Made by a program: the position numbers and the translations under genes
Shown: in pieces, positions 1 through 13,400 of the stretch
How positions within the stretch are numbered: position 1 is the stretch's first letter
How the letters are laid out: every line of letters begins with the position of its first letter
Notes under the pieces: model-generated
Seen by the model: the letters and a program-made list of their open reading frames with translations, nothing else
Told to the model about the DNA's origin: nothing
Database searches by the model: none
Assembly (NCBI GenBank): GCA_040954595.2
Contig: CM082587.2
Location: 11,165,403-11,229,402 of the forward strand
Direction: 5' to 3'
Length of the DNA stretch: 64,000 nucleotides
Source of the DNA: Balanoglossus misakiensis
Taxonomy: Eukaryota; Animalia; Hemichordata

Positions 1-2533
1 TACACACAGAAAAAGCATTCCATAAGTAAGAGCAATACGGGATATCACAAAATACAGAAAACAAATGACATTTAACAGAGATAGACGCAAATTTAAAATC
101 ACGAATAATCGCATTACCGCGAACATAAAATTGTCGCGTTTGAGCTAGAATGTCCTCATTATCCCTAAGGTCACAAGTGATAAGGTGACCAAGATATTTA
201 TAAACATTGACATAATTCAGCATTCGGCCGTTCAGATAAATTGGAACGTGTCTGAGCCTACGCATACTTGGCTGAATTAACATACAGACTGTTTTTTTCT
301 CATTGAAGAAAATTGAGTTAATGCTGCCATAATGACCACAAGTATCAACAAGCATCTGCTGGCCATAGGCTCCAGTAGATATAATAACCAAATCATCGGC
401 GTAAATTAAATGATTAACCTTATAGTCCCCTACAAGGCAGCCATACGGAAGAGCGGAAAGATTTTTGCTGATATCATCCAAGTAGACTGTGAAAAATATA
501 GGTGACGTAATTCCCCCCTGTTTAACCCCATTCTTTGAGTGAAAAGGTTTAGATAACAACCCATTCCATCTCACCACAAAATCTTGGTGCCTATACATGT
601 ATGACAAAATCTTAATGAGATAAGGATTGACACCCCTCGCCAAAAATTTTACAAAGAGAATATCGTGACGAACATAATCAAAAGCTTTGGATGCATCCAT
701 AAAAGTGACAAAAACAGGAGTGTTACAACGCTTGTAATAATTCAAAATTTCTTTAAGAACAAAAATTGACATATCGGTACCATGGCCTGGTTTAAATCCA
801 AACTGGTGCTCGCTAGTCGTTAGACAATCCATGCAGCGATTTAACCAAACTCTCTCTAACAGTTTAGATATCGTTGTTGCAACAGCAACAGGACGGTAGT
901 TCGATTTGTCACAAATGTCACCACCTGGGTTTTTTGGAATGGGAACCAAAACCGTAGTCATCAATTGTTTGGGAACAATGCCATGAATTAACATAGCCGT
1001 GAAACAGAGGGAAAGTAGAACACTGACTCTGTATGGCGCATACTTCAAGTGCTCAGGTGACACCATGTCGATACCCGACGATGCACCTGTCTTAAGGTTC
1101 TTAATTAATTCACAAATTTCTTCATGGTGTACAATCATGTCATCACAGTACTCAATGTTCATAAAATCAGGTGCGGACTCTTTTCCAGTTTTTGTCAAAA
1201 TATTCTCGTAATGGTCTTTCCACATATTAACCACTTCAACATCACCCGAATGACCATCAATAGATGATGGAGATATTGATCTACCTTTCCGTTTACTGAC
1301 ATCTTTCCAGTACGCCTTGGAGTCTTTCTTTAATTTTACAGCCAGGGCATTTGCGCGCATTTCTTTTTCTGCCTTCTTACAATTTGCTAACTGCCTTTTA
1401 AATTGAGCTCTGGACCTGCGCATAAGTTCAAAGAAGGGACCAAATTTAGGGGAGCCATTATCCTTCCAGATTAAAAAATCAGTGCGAGCTTTGTCATAAT
1501 AATCTTTGACTAGAGCATTCCAACCAGGAATTGCATGCTTATTTGAGTGTGTAATTTTAGGAAGAGTCCTATCCGCTGCGGTTAAAAGTACAGAAATAAT
1601 ATCATTGTAAAAAGTGTCAATCGACTCTGAATGTATACAGCAGTCTGGATCAGTACATGCTAGTGCTTCAACAGGAATATAAACTTCAGATAAAAGTCTA
1701 TCACAATACACTTTATAGTTTTCAAGTTGACAAGAGAACGCTTTGTTCCAACTAGGACTATGTATTTCAGCTGGTGACGAAATACTAATCCTTGGTAGCA
1801 AATGAGTCTTCAAAGTGAACATTACAGGGAAGTGATCAGATGAAATGAAATCATAGTTTACCTTAACAGAATCAACTATAGTATCAGACGATGATGAGCA
1901 TATAATGTGATCAAGCCAACTTCTGGCTGAACACGAATCACTTAAATATGTAAACGTTTCAGGGGGCAGGCGTTCAATGTCTGAAAAGACGAACTTATTA
2001 TCTTTCACAAAATTATCTAAAAGGGTGAACTCATGTTGATTTCTCGTTGGGTCTGCATTAAAATCGCCAGAAATAAGACAACAGCAAGTATCTAAATCAT
2101 TGATTGTAACTTGTAACAAGCCTAAGATCCGCTGATATTCATCACAATCAGAGTTTGCAGTTGGCAGATACACATTGAAAATTACAACATCTGGCTTATC
2201 TGACATTTTAATACGAATACCTACAACACGGCTTTCTCCATCAAATAGGATAGGAGAGATACCACTAAGATTTTTACGCCAAAGAATACCAACACCCCCG
2301 TAGGGTCAGCCGGTGAGAACACCATGTGAACTGTCAATGGCACTCACACATGTTGAGGTAAACTCATTATGCAAAGCACCGAGAACAGATAATTTTTCCT
2401 TATCAAGCCAATGCTCTTGAACCAAGATAATATGAACCAAGATAATATCACAAGAATTAAGCAAAACGTCAAGAGAACCACGGGAGGAGTTTAAACCTCT
2501 TAAGTTGTAACTGGCAATGTTAATAGAATCCAT
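1..2533 (-). pseudogene. LINE ORF2 (AP endonuclease + reverse transcriptase), copy 1, in-frame TGA at 2306-2308, truncated by the window edge
   Basis: Same sequence as ORF2 of copy 2. Starts MDSINIASYNLRGL; TGA replaces Arg in G[R]PYGGVGILW. Confidence 0.9.
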
Positions 2534-2543
2534 TATGAGTTTC

Positions 2544-2854
2544 TTAAATTCCTACTTGTGACGAACCTTTCTTAGACTTTGCGATCAACTCCGACTTCGA
2601 GAGATAATACGGTTTCACGAAAACTCCTGTTGGCCACAATTCAGGACAGAGGACATTTTCAATACAACTGTCATTAACATCGATTCTGAACGATGAATAT
2701 GTGTCATAGCGTGTTTTCAATTTGACGCCATCTTGAAATGTTGAAGGACCACACTTGTCATTAATAAAAGTCTTGACCTGATCAATGCTTGTATCTGGAG
2801 TAAGACGGCTCACAAAAACACTTCGCAATTTCGGTAGCTTCTCTGCAACGGTAA
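2544..2854 (-). pseudogene. LINE ORF1 C-terminal fragment, copy 1
   Basis: VFVSRL...YSSFRIDV...LWPTGVFVKPY resembles the RRM-like C-terminus of invertebrate LINE ORF1 proteins. It ends 10 bp before the ORF2 start and its N-terminus is missing. Confidence 0.75.
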
Positions 2855-5800
2855 ATGAAGTGGTGACCTAAGACAGGCGACAGTCAGGCTTCACTTACAA
2901 AAAGTGGAAAATAAAATAGCTACATTGGTAGGCTGAAAGCTTACTTCCTGAGACTGTTTGTGCCAATGATGGGTAAGACCGCTTATGAAGTGGTGACCTA
3001 AGACAGGCGACAGTCAGGCTTCACTTACAAAAAGTGGAAAATATAATAGCTACATTGGTAGGCTGAAAGCTAACTTCCTGAGACTGTTTGTGCCAATGAC
3101 GGGTAAGACCGCTTATGAAGTGGTGACCTAAGACAGGCGACAGTCAGGCTTCACTTACAAAAAAGTGGAAAATATAATAGCTACATTGGTAGGCTGAAAG
3201 CTTACTTCCTGCAACTGTTTGTGCCAATGACGGGTAAGACCGCTTATGAGTCAGTGACCTAAGACAGGCGACAGTCAGGCTTCACTTACAAAAAGTGGAA
3301 AATATAATAGCTTCATTGGTAGGCTGAAAGCTAACTTCCTGAGACTGTTTGTGCCAATGACGGGTAAGACCGCTTGTGAGGTGGTGACCTAAGACAGGCG
3401 ACAGTCAGGCTTCACTTACAAAAAGTGGAAAATATAATAGCTACATTGGTAGGCTGAAAGCTTACTTCCTGAGACTGTTTGTGCCAATGACGGGTAAGAC
3501 CGCTTATGAAGTGGTGACCTAAGACAGGCGACAGTCAGGCTTCACTTACAAAAAGTGGAAAATACAATAGTTACATTGGTAGGCTGAAAGCTTACTTCCT
3601 GAGACTGTTTGTGCCAATGACGGGTAAGACCTCTTATGAAGTGGTGACCTAAGACAGGCGACAGTCAGGCTTCACTTACAAAAAGTTGAAAATACAATAG
3701 CTACATTGGTAGGCTGAAAGCTTACTTCCTGAGTCTGTTTGTGCCAATGACGGGTAAGACCTCTTATGAAGTGGTGACCTAAGACAGGCGACAGCCAGGC
3801 TTCACTTACAAAAAGTGGAAAATATAATAGCTACATTGGTAGGCTGAAAGCTTACTTCCTGAGACTGTTTGTGCCAATAACGGGTAAGACCGCTTATGAA
3901 GTGTTGACCTAAGACAGGCGACAGTCAGGCTTCACTTACAAAAAGTGGAAAATATAATAGCTACATCGGAAGGCTGGAAGCTTACTTCCTGAGACTGTTT
4001 GTGCCAATGACGGGTATGACTGCTAATGAAGTGGTGACCTAAGACAGGCGACACTCAGGCTTCACTTACAAAAAGTGGAAAATATAATAGCTACATTGGT
4101 AGGCTGAAAGATTACTTCCTTAGACTATTTGCGCCAATGACGGGTAAGACCTCTTATGAAGTGGTGACCTAAGACAGGCGACACTCAGGCCTCACTTACA
4201 AAAAGTGGAAAATATAATAGCTACATTGGTAGGCTGAAAGCTTACTTCCTGAGACTGTTTGTGCCAATGACGGGTAAGACCGTTTATGAAGTGGTGACCT
4301 AAGACAGGCGACAGTCAGGCTTCACTTACAAAAAGTGGAAAATATAATAGCTACATTGGTAGGCTGAAAGCTTACTTCCTGAGACTGTTTGTGCAAATGA
4401 CGGGTAAGACCGTTTATAAAGTGGTGACCTAAGACAGGCGACAGTCAGGCTTCACTTACAAAAAGTGGAAAATATAATAGCTACATTGGTAGGCTGAAAG
4501 CTTACTTCCCGAGACTGTTTGTGCCAATGACGGATAAGACCGCTTATGAAGTGGTGACCTAAGACAGGCGACAGCCAGGCTTCACTTACAAAAAGTGGAA
4601 AATATAATAGCTACATTGGTAGGCTGAAAGCTTACTTCCTGAGACTGTTTGTGCCAATGACGGGTAGGACCGCTTATGAAGTGGTGACCTAAGACAGGCG
4701 ACAGTCAGGCTTCACTTACAAAAAGTGGAAAATATAATAGCTACATTGGTAGGCTGAAAGCTTACTTCCCGAGACTGTTTGTGCCAATGACGGATAAGAC
4801 CGCTTATGAAGTGGTGACCTAAGACAGGCGACAGCCAGGCTTCACTTACAAAAAGTGGAAAATATAATAGCTACATTGGTAGGCTGAAAGCTTACTTCCT
4901 GAGACTGTTTGTGCCAATAACGGGTAAGACCGCTTATTAAGTGGTGACCTAAGACAGGCGGCAGTCAGGCTTCACTTACAAAAAGTGGAAAATATAATAG
5001 CTACATTGGTAGGCTGAAAGCTTACTTCCTGAGACTGTTTGTGCAAATGACGGGTAAGACCGTTTATGAAGTGGTGACCTAAGACAGGCGACAGTCAGGC
5101 TTCACTTACAAAAAGTGGAAAATATAATAGCTACATTGGTAGGCTGAAAGCTTACTTCCTGAGACTGTTTGTGCCAATAACGGGTAAGACCGCTTATGAA
5201 GTGGTGACCTAAGACAGGCGGCAGTCAGGCTTCACTTACAAAAAGTGGAAAATATAATAGCTACATTGGTAGGCTGAAAGCTTACTTCCTGAGACTGTTT
5301 GTGCCAATGACGGGTAAGACCGTTTATGAAGTGGTGACCTAAGACAGGCGACAGTCAGGCTTCACTTACAAAAAGTGGAAAATATAATAGCTACATTGGT
5401 AGGCTGAAAGCTTACTTCCTGAGACTGTTTGTGCAAATGACGGGTAAGACCGTTTATAAAGTGGTGACCTAAGACAGGCGACAGTCAGGCTTCACTTACA
5501 AAAAGTGGAAAATATAATAGCTACATTGGTAGGCTGAAAGCTTACTTCCCGAGACTGTTTGTGCCAATGACGGATAAGACCGCTTATGAAGTGGTGACCT
5601 AAGACAGGCGACAGCCAGGCTTCACTTACAAAAAGTGGAAAATATAATAGCTACATTGGTAGGCTGAAAGCTTACTTCCTGAGACTGTTTGTGCCAATGA
5701 CGGGTAGGACCGCTTATGAAGTGGTGACCTAAGACAGGCGACAGTCAGGCTTCACTTACAAAAAGTGGAAAATATAATAGCTACATTGGTAGGCTGAAAG

Positions 5801-7278
5801 CTTACTTCCCGAGACTGTTTGTGCCAATGACGGATAAGACCGCTTATGAAGTGGTGACCTAAGACAGGCGACAGCCAGGCTTCACTTACAAAAAGTGGAA
5901 AATATAATAGCTACATTGGTAGGCTGAAAGCTTACTTCCTGAGACTGTTTGTGCCAATAACGGGTAAGACCGCTTATTAAGTGGTGACCTAAGACAGGCG
6001 GCAGTCAGGCTTCACTTACAAAAAGTGGAAAATATAATAGCTACATTGGTAGGCTGAAAGCTTACTTCCTGAGACTGTTTGTGCAAATGACGGGTAAGAC
6101 CGTTTATGAAGTGGTGACCTAAGACAGGCGACAGTCAGGCTTCACTTACAAAAAGTGGAAAATATAATAGCTACATTGGTAGGCTGAATGCTTACTTCCT
6201 GAGACTGTTTGTGCCAATAACGGGTAAGACCGCTTATGAAGTGGTGACCTAAGACAGGCGACAGTCAGGCTTCACTTACAAAAAGTGGAAAATATAATAG
6301 CTACATTGGTAGGCTGAAAGCTTACTTCCGGAGACTGTTTGTGCCAATGCCGGGTAAGACCGCTTATGAAGTGGTGACCTAAGACAGGCGACAGTCAGGC
6401 TTCACTTACAAAAAGTGGAAAATACAATAGCTACATTGGTAGGCTGAAAGCTTACTTCCTGAGACTGTTTGTGCCAATGACGGGTAAGAACGCTTATGAA
6501 GTGGTGACCTAATACAGGCGACAGTCAGGCTTCACTTACAAAAAGTGGAAAATACAATAGCTACATTGGTAGGCTGAAAGCTTACTTCCTGAGACTGTTT
6601 GTGCCAATGACGGGTAAGACCTCTTATGAAGTGGTGACCTAAGACAGGCGACAGTCAGGCTTCACTTACAAAAAGTGGAAAATATAATAGCTACATTGGT
6701 AGGCTGAAAGCTTACTTCCTGAGACTGTTTCTGCCAATGACGGGTAAGACCGCTCATGAAGTGGTGACCTAAGACAGGCGACAGTCAGGCTTCACTTACA
6801 AAAAGTGGAAAATACAATAGCTACATTGGTAGGCTGAAAGCTTACTTCCTGAGACTGTTTGTGCCAATGACGGGTAATACCTCTTATGAAGTGGTGACCT
6901 AAGACAGGCGACAGTCAGGCTTCACTTACAAAAAGTGGAAAATATAATAGCTACATTGGTAGGCTGAAAGCTTACTTCCTGAGACTGTTTGTGCCAATGA
7001 CGGGTAAGACCTCTTATGAAGTGGTGACCTAAGACAGGCGACATTCAGGCTTCACTTACAAAAAGTGGAAAATACAATAGCTACATTGGTAGGCTGAAAG
7101 CTTACTTCCTGAGACTGTTTGTGCCAATGACGGGTAAGACCTCTTATGAAGTGGTGACCTAAGACCGACGACAGTCAGGCTTCACTTACAAAAAAGTGGA
7201 AAATACAATAGCTACATTGGTAGGCTGAAAGCTTACTTCCTGAGACTGTTTGTGCCAATGACGGGTAAGACCGCTTAT
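2855..7278 (+). repeat. 130-bp satellite array, block 1 (~34 monomers)
   Basis: Consensus ATGAAGTGGTGACCTAAGACAGGCGACAGTCAGGCTTCACTTACAAAAAGTGGAAAATAYAATAGCTACATTGGTAGGCTGAAAGCTTACTTCCTGAGACTGTTTGTGCCAATGACGGGTAAGACCKCTT; monomer starts at 2855 and 2985 give a period of 130. Confidence 0.99.
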
Positions 7279-7348
7279 TATTATTATTATTTCATCTTTA
7301 TTTCAGATTATAAAATAATCCATAGCAAAACAAAATACCATAAAAACA

Positions 7349-10138
7349 TCAAAACAATTGTCTACTCCAAACCTTCCAAAGTCCACTATTTGAGAACTCT
7401 GATAGTGATAAAACACTGGCTACAAGTGGATTACTTGAGAGGTGGAGTCTGCTTAAAAAGCTGAATGATTTTTTCCGGAGTATTTCATCAAAAGTTAAAA
7501 TGGAAAGATTAACAAACATCGCACTGTTGCTCTGAATAAAAGAATGTTTAAATCCAGACAATTTACGGAAAACCTGGGAGTAAGCTCTCCTAACTGCATT
7601 AAAAATACACACAGAAAAAGCATTCCATAAGTAAGAGCAATACGGGATATCACAAAATACAGAAAACAAATGACATTTAACAGAGATAGACGCAAATTTA
7701 AAATCACGAATAATCGCATTACCGCGAACATAAAATTGTCGCGTTTGAGCTAGAATGTCCTCATTATCCCTAAGGTCACAAGTGATAAGGTGACCAAGAT
7801 ATTTATAAACATTGACATAATTCAGCATTCGGCCGTTCAGATAAATTGGAACGTGTCTGAGCCTACGCATACTTGGCTGAATTAACATACAGACTGTTTT
7901 TTTCTCATTGAAGAAAATTGAGTTAATGCTGCCATAATGACCACAAGTATCAACAAGCATCTGCTGGCCATAGGCTCCAGTAGATATAAAAACCAAATCA
8001 TCGGCGTAAATTAAATGATTAACCTTATAGTCCCCTACAAGGCAGCCATACGGAAGAGCGGAAAGATTTTTGCTGATATCATCCAAATAGACTGTGAAAA
8101 ATATAGGTGACGTAATTCCCCCCTGTTTAACCCCATTCTTTGAGTGAAAAGGTTTAGATAACAACCCATTCCATCTCACCACAAAATCTTGGTGCCTATA
8201 CATGTATGACAAAATCTTAATGAGATAAGGATTGACACCCCTCGCCAAAAATTTTACAAAGAGAATATCGTGACGAACATAATCAAAAGCTTTGGATGCA
8301 TCCATAAAAGTGACAAAAACAGGAGTGTTACAACGCTTGTAATAATTCAAAATTTCTTTAAGAACAAAAATTGACATATCGGTACCATGGCCTGGTTTAA
8401 ATCCAAACTGGTGCTCGCTAGTCGTTAGACAATCCATGCAGCGATTTAACCAAACTCTCTCTAACAGTTTAGATATCGTTGTTGCAACAGCAACAGGACG
8501 GTAGTTCGATTTGTCACAAATGTCACCACCTGGGTTTTTTGGAATGGGAACCAAAACCGTAGTCATCAATTGTTTGGGAACAATGCCATGAATTAACATA
8601 GCCGTGAAACAGAGGGAAAGTAGAACACTGACTCTGTATGGCGCATACTTCAAGTGCTCAGGTGACACCATGTCGATACCCGACGATGCACCTGTCTTAA
8701 GGTTCTTAATTAATTCACAAATTTCTTCATGGTGTACAATCATGTCATCACAGTACTCAATGTTCATAAAATCAGGTGCGGACTCTTTTCCAGTTTTTGT
8801 CAAAATATTCTCGTAATGGTCTTTCCACATATTAACCACTTCAACATCACCCGAATGACCATCAATAGATGATGGAGATATTGATCTACCTTTCCGTTTA
8901 CTGACATCTTTCCAGTACGCCTTGGAGTCTTTCTTTAATTTTACAGCCAGGGCATTTGCGCGCATTTCTTTTTCTGCCTTCTTACAATTTGCTAACTGCC
9001 TTTTAAATTGAGCTCTGGACCTGCGCATAAGTTCAAAGAAGGGACCAAATTTAGGGGAGCCATTATCCTTCCAGATTAAAAAATCAGTGCGAGCTTTGTC
9101 ATAATAATCTTTGACTAGAGCATTCCAACCAGGAATTGCATGCTTATTTGAGTGTGTAATTTTAGGAAGAGTCCTATCCGCTGCGGTTAAAAGTACAGAA
9201 ATAATATCATTGTAAAAAGTGTCAATCGACTCTGAATGTATACAGCAGTCTGGATCAGTACATGCTAGTGCTTCAACAGGAATATAAACTTCAGATAAAA
9301 GTCTATCACAATACACTTTATAGTTTTCAAGTTGACAAGAGAACGCTTTGTTCCAACTAGGACTATGTATTTCAGCTGGTGACGAAATACTAATCCTTGG
9401 TAGCAAATGAGTCTTCAAAGTGAACATTACAGGGAAGTGATCAGATGAAATGAAATCATAGTTTACCTTAACAGAATCAACTATAGTATCAGACGATGAT
9501 GAGCATATAATGTGATCAAGCCAACTTCTGGCTGAACACGAATCACTTAAATATGTAAACGTTTCAGGGGGCAGGCGTTCAATGTCTGAAAAGACGAACT
9601 TATTATCTTTCACAAAATTATCTAAAAGGGTGAACTCATGTTGATTTCTCGTTGGGTCTGCATTAAAATCGCCAGAAATAAGACAACAGCAAGTATCTAA
9701 ATCATTGATTGTAACTTGTAACAAGCCTAAGATCCGCTGATATTCATCACAATCAGAGTTTGCAGTTGGCAGATACACATTGAAAATTACAACATCTGGC
9801 TTATCTGACATTTTAATACGAATACCTACAACACGGCTTTCTCCATCAAATAGGATAGGAGAGATACCACTAAGATTTTTACGCCAAAGAATACCAACAC
9901 CCCCGTAGGGTCAGCCGGTGAGAACACCATGTGAACTGTCAATGGCACTCACACATGTTGAGGTAAACTCATTATGCAAAGCACTGAGAACAGATAATTT
10001 TTCCTTATCAAGCCAATGCTCTTGAACCAAGATAATATGAACCAAGATAATATCACAAGAATTAAGCAAAACGTCAAGAGAACCACGGGAGGAGTTTAAA
10101 CCTCTTAAGTTGTAACTGGCAATGTTAATAGAATCCAT
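7349..10138 (-). pseudogene. LINE ORF2, APE endonuclease + RT; one in-frame TGA (9911-9913) joins the 75-aa and 820-aa ORFs
   Basis: EN motifs SYNLRGL, LVQEHWL, GDFNA, WLDH, SDHFP; RT motifs NYRPVA, QFGF, DASKAFD, GVKQGG, YADD, YKYLG. The reading frame is continuous across ACC GGC TGA CCC TAC GGG GGT. An in-frame 15-bp duplication gives IILVH-IILVQ. Confidence 0.93.
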
Positions 10139-10148
10139 TATGAGTTTC

Positions 10149-10459
10149 TTAAATTCCTACTTGTGACGAACCTTTCTTAGACTTTGCGATCAACTCCGAC
10201 TTCGAGAGATAATACGGTTTCACGAAAACTCCTGTTGGCCACAATTCAGGACAGAGGACATTTTCAATACAACTGTCATTAACATCGATTCTGAACGATG
10301 AATATGTGTCATAGCGTGTTTTCAATTTGACGCCATCTTGAAATGTTGAAGGACCACACTTGTCATTAATAAAAGTCTTGACCTGATCAATGCTTGTATC
10401 TGGAGTAAGACGGCTCACAAAAACACTTCGCAATTTCGGTAGCTTCTCTGCAACGGTAA
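10149..10459 (-). pseudogene. LINE ORF1 C-terminal fragment, copy 2
   Basis: Same translation as 2544-2854; the frame is open up to the satellite junction. Confidence 0.75.
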
Positions 10460-13400
10460 ATGAAGTGGTGACCTAAGACAGGCGACAGTCAGGCTTCACT
10501 TACAAAAAGTGGAAAATACAATAGCTACATTGGTAGGCTGAAAGCTTACTTCCTGAGACTGTTTGTGCCAATGATGGGTAAGACCGCTTATGAAGTGGTG
10601 ACCTAAGACAGGCGACAGTCAGGCTTCACTTACAAAAAGTGGAAAATATAATAGCTACATTGGTAGGCTGAAAGCTAACTTCCTGAGACTGTTTGTGCCA
10701 ATGACGGGTAAGACCGCTTATGAAGTGGTGACCTAAGACAGGCGACAGTCAGGCTTCACTTACAAAAAAAGTGGAAAATATAATAGCTACATTGGTAGGC
10801 TGAAAGCTTACTTCCTGCAACTGTTTGTGCCAATGACGGGTAAGACCGCTTATGAGTCAGTGACCTAAGACAGGCGACAGTCAGGCTTCACTTACAAAAA
10901 GTGGAAAATATAATAGCTTCATTGGTAGGCTGAAAGCTAACTTCCTGAGACTGTTTGTGCCAATGACGGGTAAGACCGCTTGTGAGGTGGTGACCTAAGA
11001 CAGGCGACAGTCAGGCTTCACTTACAAAAAGTGGAAAATATAATAGCTACATTGGTAGGCTGAAAGCTTACTTCCTGAGACTGTTTGTGCCAATGACGGG
11101 TAAGACCGCTTATGAAGTGGTGACCTAAGACAGGCGACAGTCAGGCTTCACTTACAAAAAGTGGAAAATACAATAGTTACATTGGTAGGCTGAAAGCTTA
11201 CTTCCTGAGACTGTTTGTGCCAATGACGGGTAAGACCTCTTATGAAGTGGTGACCTAAGACAGGCGACAGTCAGGCTTCACTTACAAAAAGTTGAAAATA
11301 CAATAGCTACATTGGTAGGCTGAAAGCTTACTTCCTGAGTCTGTTTGTGCCAATGACGGGTAAGACCTCTTATGAAGTGGTGACCTAAGACAGGCGACAG
11401 TCAGGCTTCACTTACAAAAAGTTGAAAATACAATAGCTACATTGGTAGGCTGAAAGCTTACTTCCTGAGACTGTTTGTGCCAATGACGGGTAAGACCTCT
11501 TATGAAGTGGTGACCTAAGACAGGCGACAGTCAGGCTTCACTTACAAAAAGTGGAAAATATAATAGCTACATTGGTAGGCTGAAAGCTAACTTCCTGAGA
11601 CTGTTTGTGCCAATGACGGGTAAGACCGCTTATGAAGTGGTGACCTAAGACAGGCGACAGTCAGGCTTCACTTACAAAAAGTGGAAAATATAATAGCTAC
11701 ATTGGTAGGCTGAAAGCTTACTTCCTGAGACTGTTTGTGCCAATGACGGGTAAGACCTCTTATGAAGTGGTGACCTAAGACAGGCGACAGTCAGGCTTCA
11801 CTTACAAAAAGTGGAAAATATAATAGCTATATTGGTAGGCTGAAAGCTTACTTCCTGAGACTGTTTGTGCCAATGACGGGTAAGAACACTTATGAAGTGG
11901 TGACCTAAGACAGGCGACAGTCAGGCTTCACTTACAAAAAGTGGAAAATATAATAGCTACATTGGTAGGCTGAAAGCTTACTTCCTGAGACTGTTTGTGC
12001 CAATGACGGGTAAGACCTCTTATGAAGTGGTGACCTAAGACAGGCGACAGTCAGGCTTCACTTACAAAAAGTGGAAAATACAATAGCTACATTGGTAGGC
12101 TGAAAGCTTACTTCCTGAGACTGTTTGTGCCAATGACGGGTAAGACCTCTTATGAAGTGGTGACCTAAGACAGGCGACAGTCAGACTTCACTTACAAAAA
12201 GTGGAAAATACAATAGCTACATTGGTAGGCTGAAAGCTTACGTCCTGAGTCTGTTTGTGCCAATGACGAGTAAGACCTCTTATGAAGTGGTGACCTAAGA
12301 CAGGCGACAGTCAGGCTTCACTTACAAAAAGTTGAAAATACAATAGCTACATTGGTAGGCTGAAAGCTTACTTCCTGAGACTGTTTGTGCCAATGACGGG
12401 TAAGACCTCTTATGAAGTGGTGACCTAAGACAGGCGACAGTCAGGCTTCACTTACAAAAAGTGGAAAATACAATAGCTACATTGGTAGGCTGAAAGCTAA
12501 CTTCCTGAGACTGTTTGTGCCAATGACGGGTAAGACCGCTTATGAAGTGGTGACCTAAGACAGGCGACAGTCAGGCTTCACTTACAAAAAGTGGAAAATA
12601 TAATAGCTATATTGGTAGGCTGAAAGCTTACTTCCTGAGACTGTTTGTGCCAATGACGGGTAAGAACACTTATGAAGTGGTGACCTAAGACAGGCGACAG
12701 TCAGGCTTCACTTACAAAAAGTGGAAAATATAATAGCTACATTGGTAGGCTGAAAGCTTACTTCCTGAGACTGTTTGTGCCAATGACGGGTAAGACCTCT
12801 TATGAAGTGGTGACCTAAGACAGGCGACAGTCAGGCTTCACTTACAAAAAGTGGAAAATACAATAGCTACATTGGTAGGCTGAAAGCTTACTTCCTGAGA
12901 CTGTTTGTGCCAATGACGGGTAAGACCTCTTATGAAGTGGTGAACTAAGACAGGCGACAGTCAGACTTCACTTACAAAAAGTGGAAAATACAATAGCTAC
13001 ATTGGTAGGCTGAAAGCTTACGTCCTGAGTCTGTTTGTGCCAATGACGAGTAAGACCTCTTATGAAGTGGTGACCTAAGACAGGCGACAGTCAGGCTTCA
13101 CTTACAAAAAGTTGAAAATACAATAGCTACATTGGTAGGCTGAAAGCTTACTTCCTGAGACTGTTTGTGCCAATGACGGGTAAGACCTCTTATGAAGTGG
13201 TGACCTAAGACAGGCGACAGTCAGGCTTCACTTACAAAAAGTGGAAAATATAATAGCTACATTGGTAGGCTGAAAGCTTACTTCCTGAGACTGTTTGTGC
13301 CTATGACGGGTAAGACCGCTTATGAAGTGGTGACCTAAGACAGGCGACAGTCAGGCTTCACTTACAAAAAGTGGAAAATACAATAGCTACATTGGTAGGC

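Larger units (their letters stand above)
1..2854 (-). mobile_element. Non-LTR retrotransposon (LINE) copy 1, 5'-truncated; 3' part runs off the window start
   Basis: Near-identical to 7606-10459 (offset 7605; only ~3 substitutions seen by eye, near 385, 482 and 2380). Carries an ORF1 C-terminus and the APE+RT ORF2. Confidence 0.95.
7275..10459 (-). mobile_element. Non-LTR retrotransposon (LINE) copy 2, ~3.2 kb, 5'-truncated, (TAA)n tail; tentatively RTE-X-like
   Basis: (TTA)5 at 7275-7291 is the 3' tail on the minus strand, followed by a short 3' UTR, ORF2 and part of ORF1. It sits in a monomer at CCGCTTAT/ATGAAG. The clade call rests on recalled motifs (GxPYGG, IPGWN, DASKAFD, QGGxxSP, YADD) and needs an RT tree. 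Confidence 0.93.

Noticed and set aside
2855-2984. 5S rRNA, tRNA, snRNA or spliced-leader gene array
   Set aside because: No recognisable 5S sequence, cloverleaf, A/B boxes or convincing Sm site on either strand by eye.
2855-2984. Hammerhead-ribozyme satellite (as in newt satellite 2)
   Set aside because: No CUGANGA core on either strand; only CTGAGAC, CTGAAAG and CTGACTG occur. Other ribozyme classes were not excluded without Infernal.
2855-2984. Repeated exon/intron unit on the minus strand (GTAAGT...CTGAC...TTAG)
   Set aside because: The intron would be only 31 nt; the alternative 77-nt intron leaves a 53-nt exon that is not a multiple of three. Most likely chance motifs.
9911-9913. Alternative genetic code with TGA as sense
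   Set aside because: LINE ORF2 itself terminates at TGA (7349-7351) at its natural end, and TGG is used for Trp throughout.
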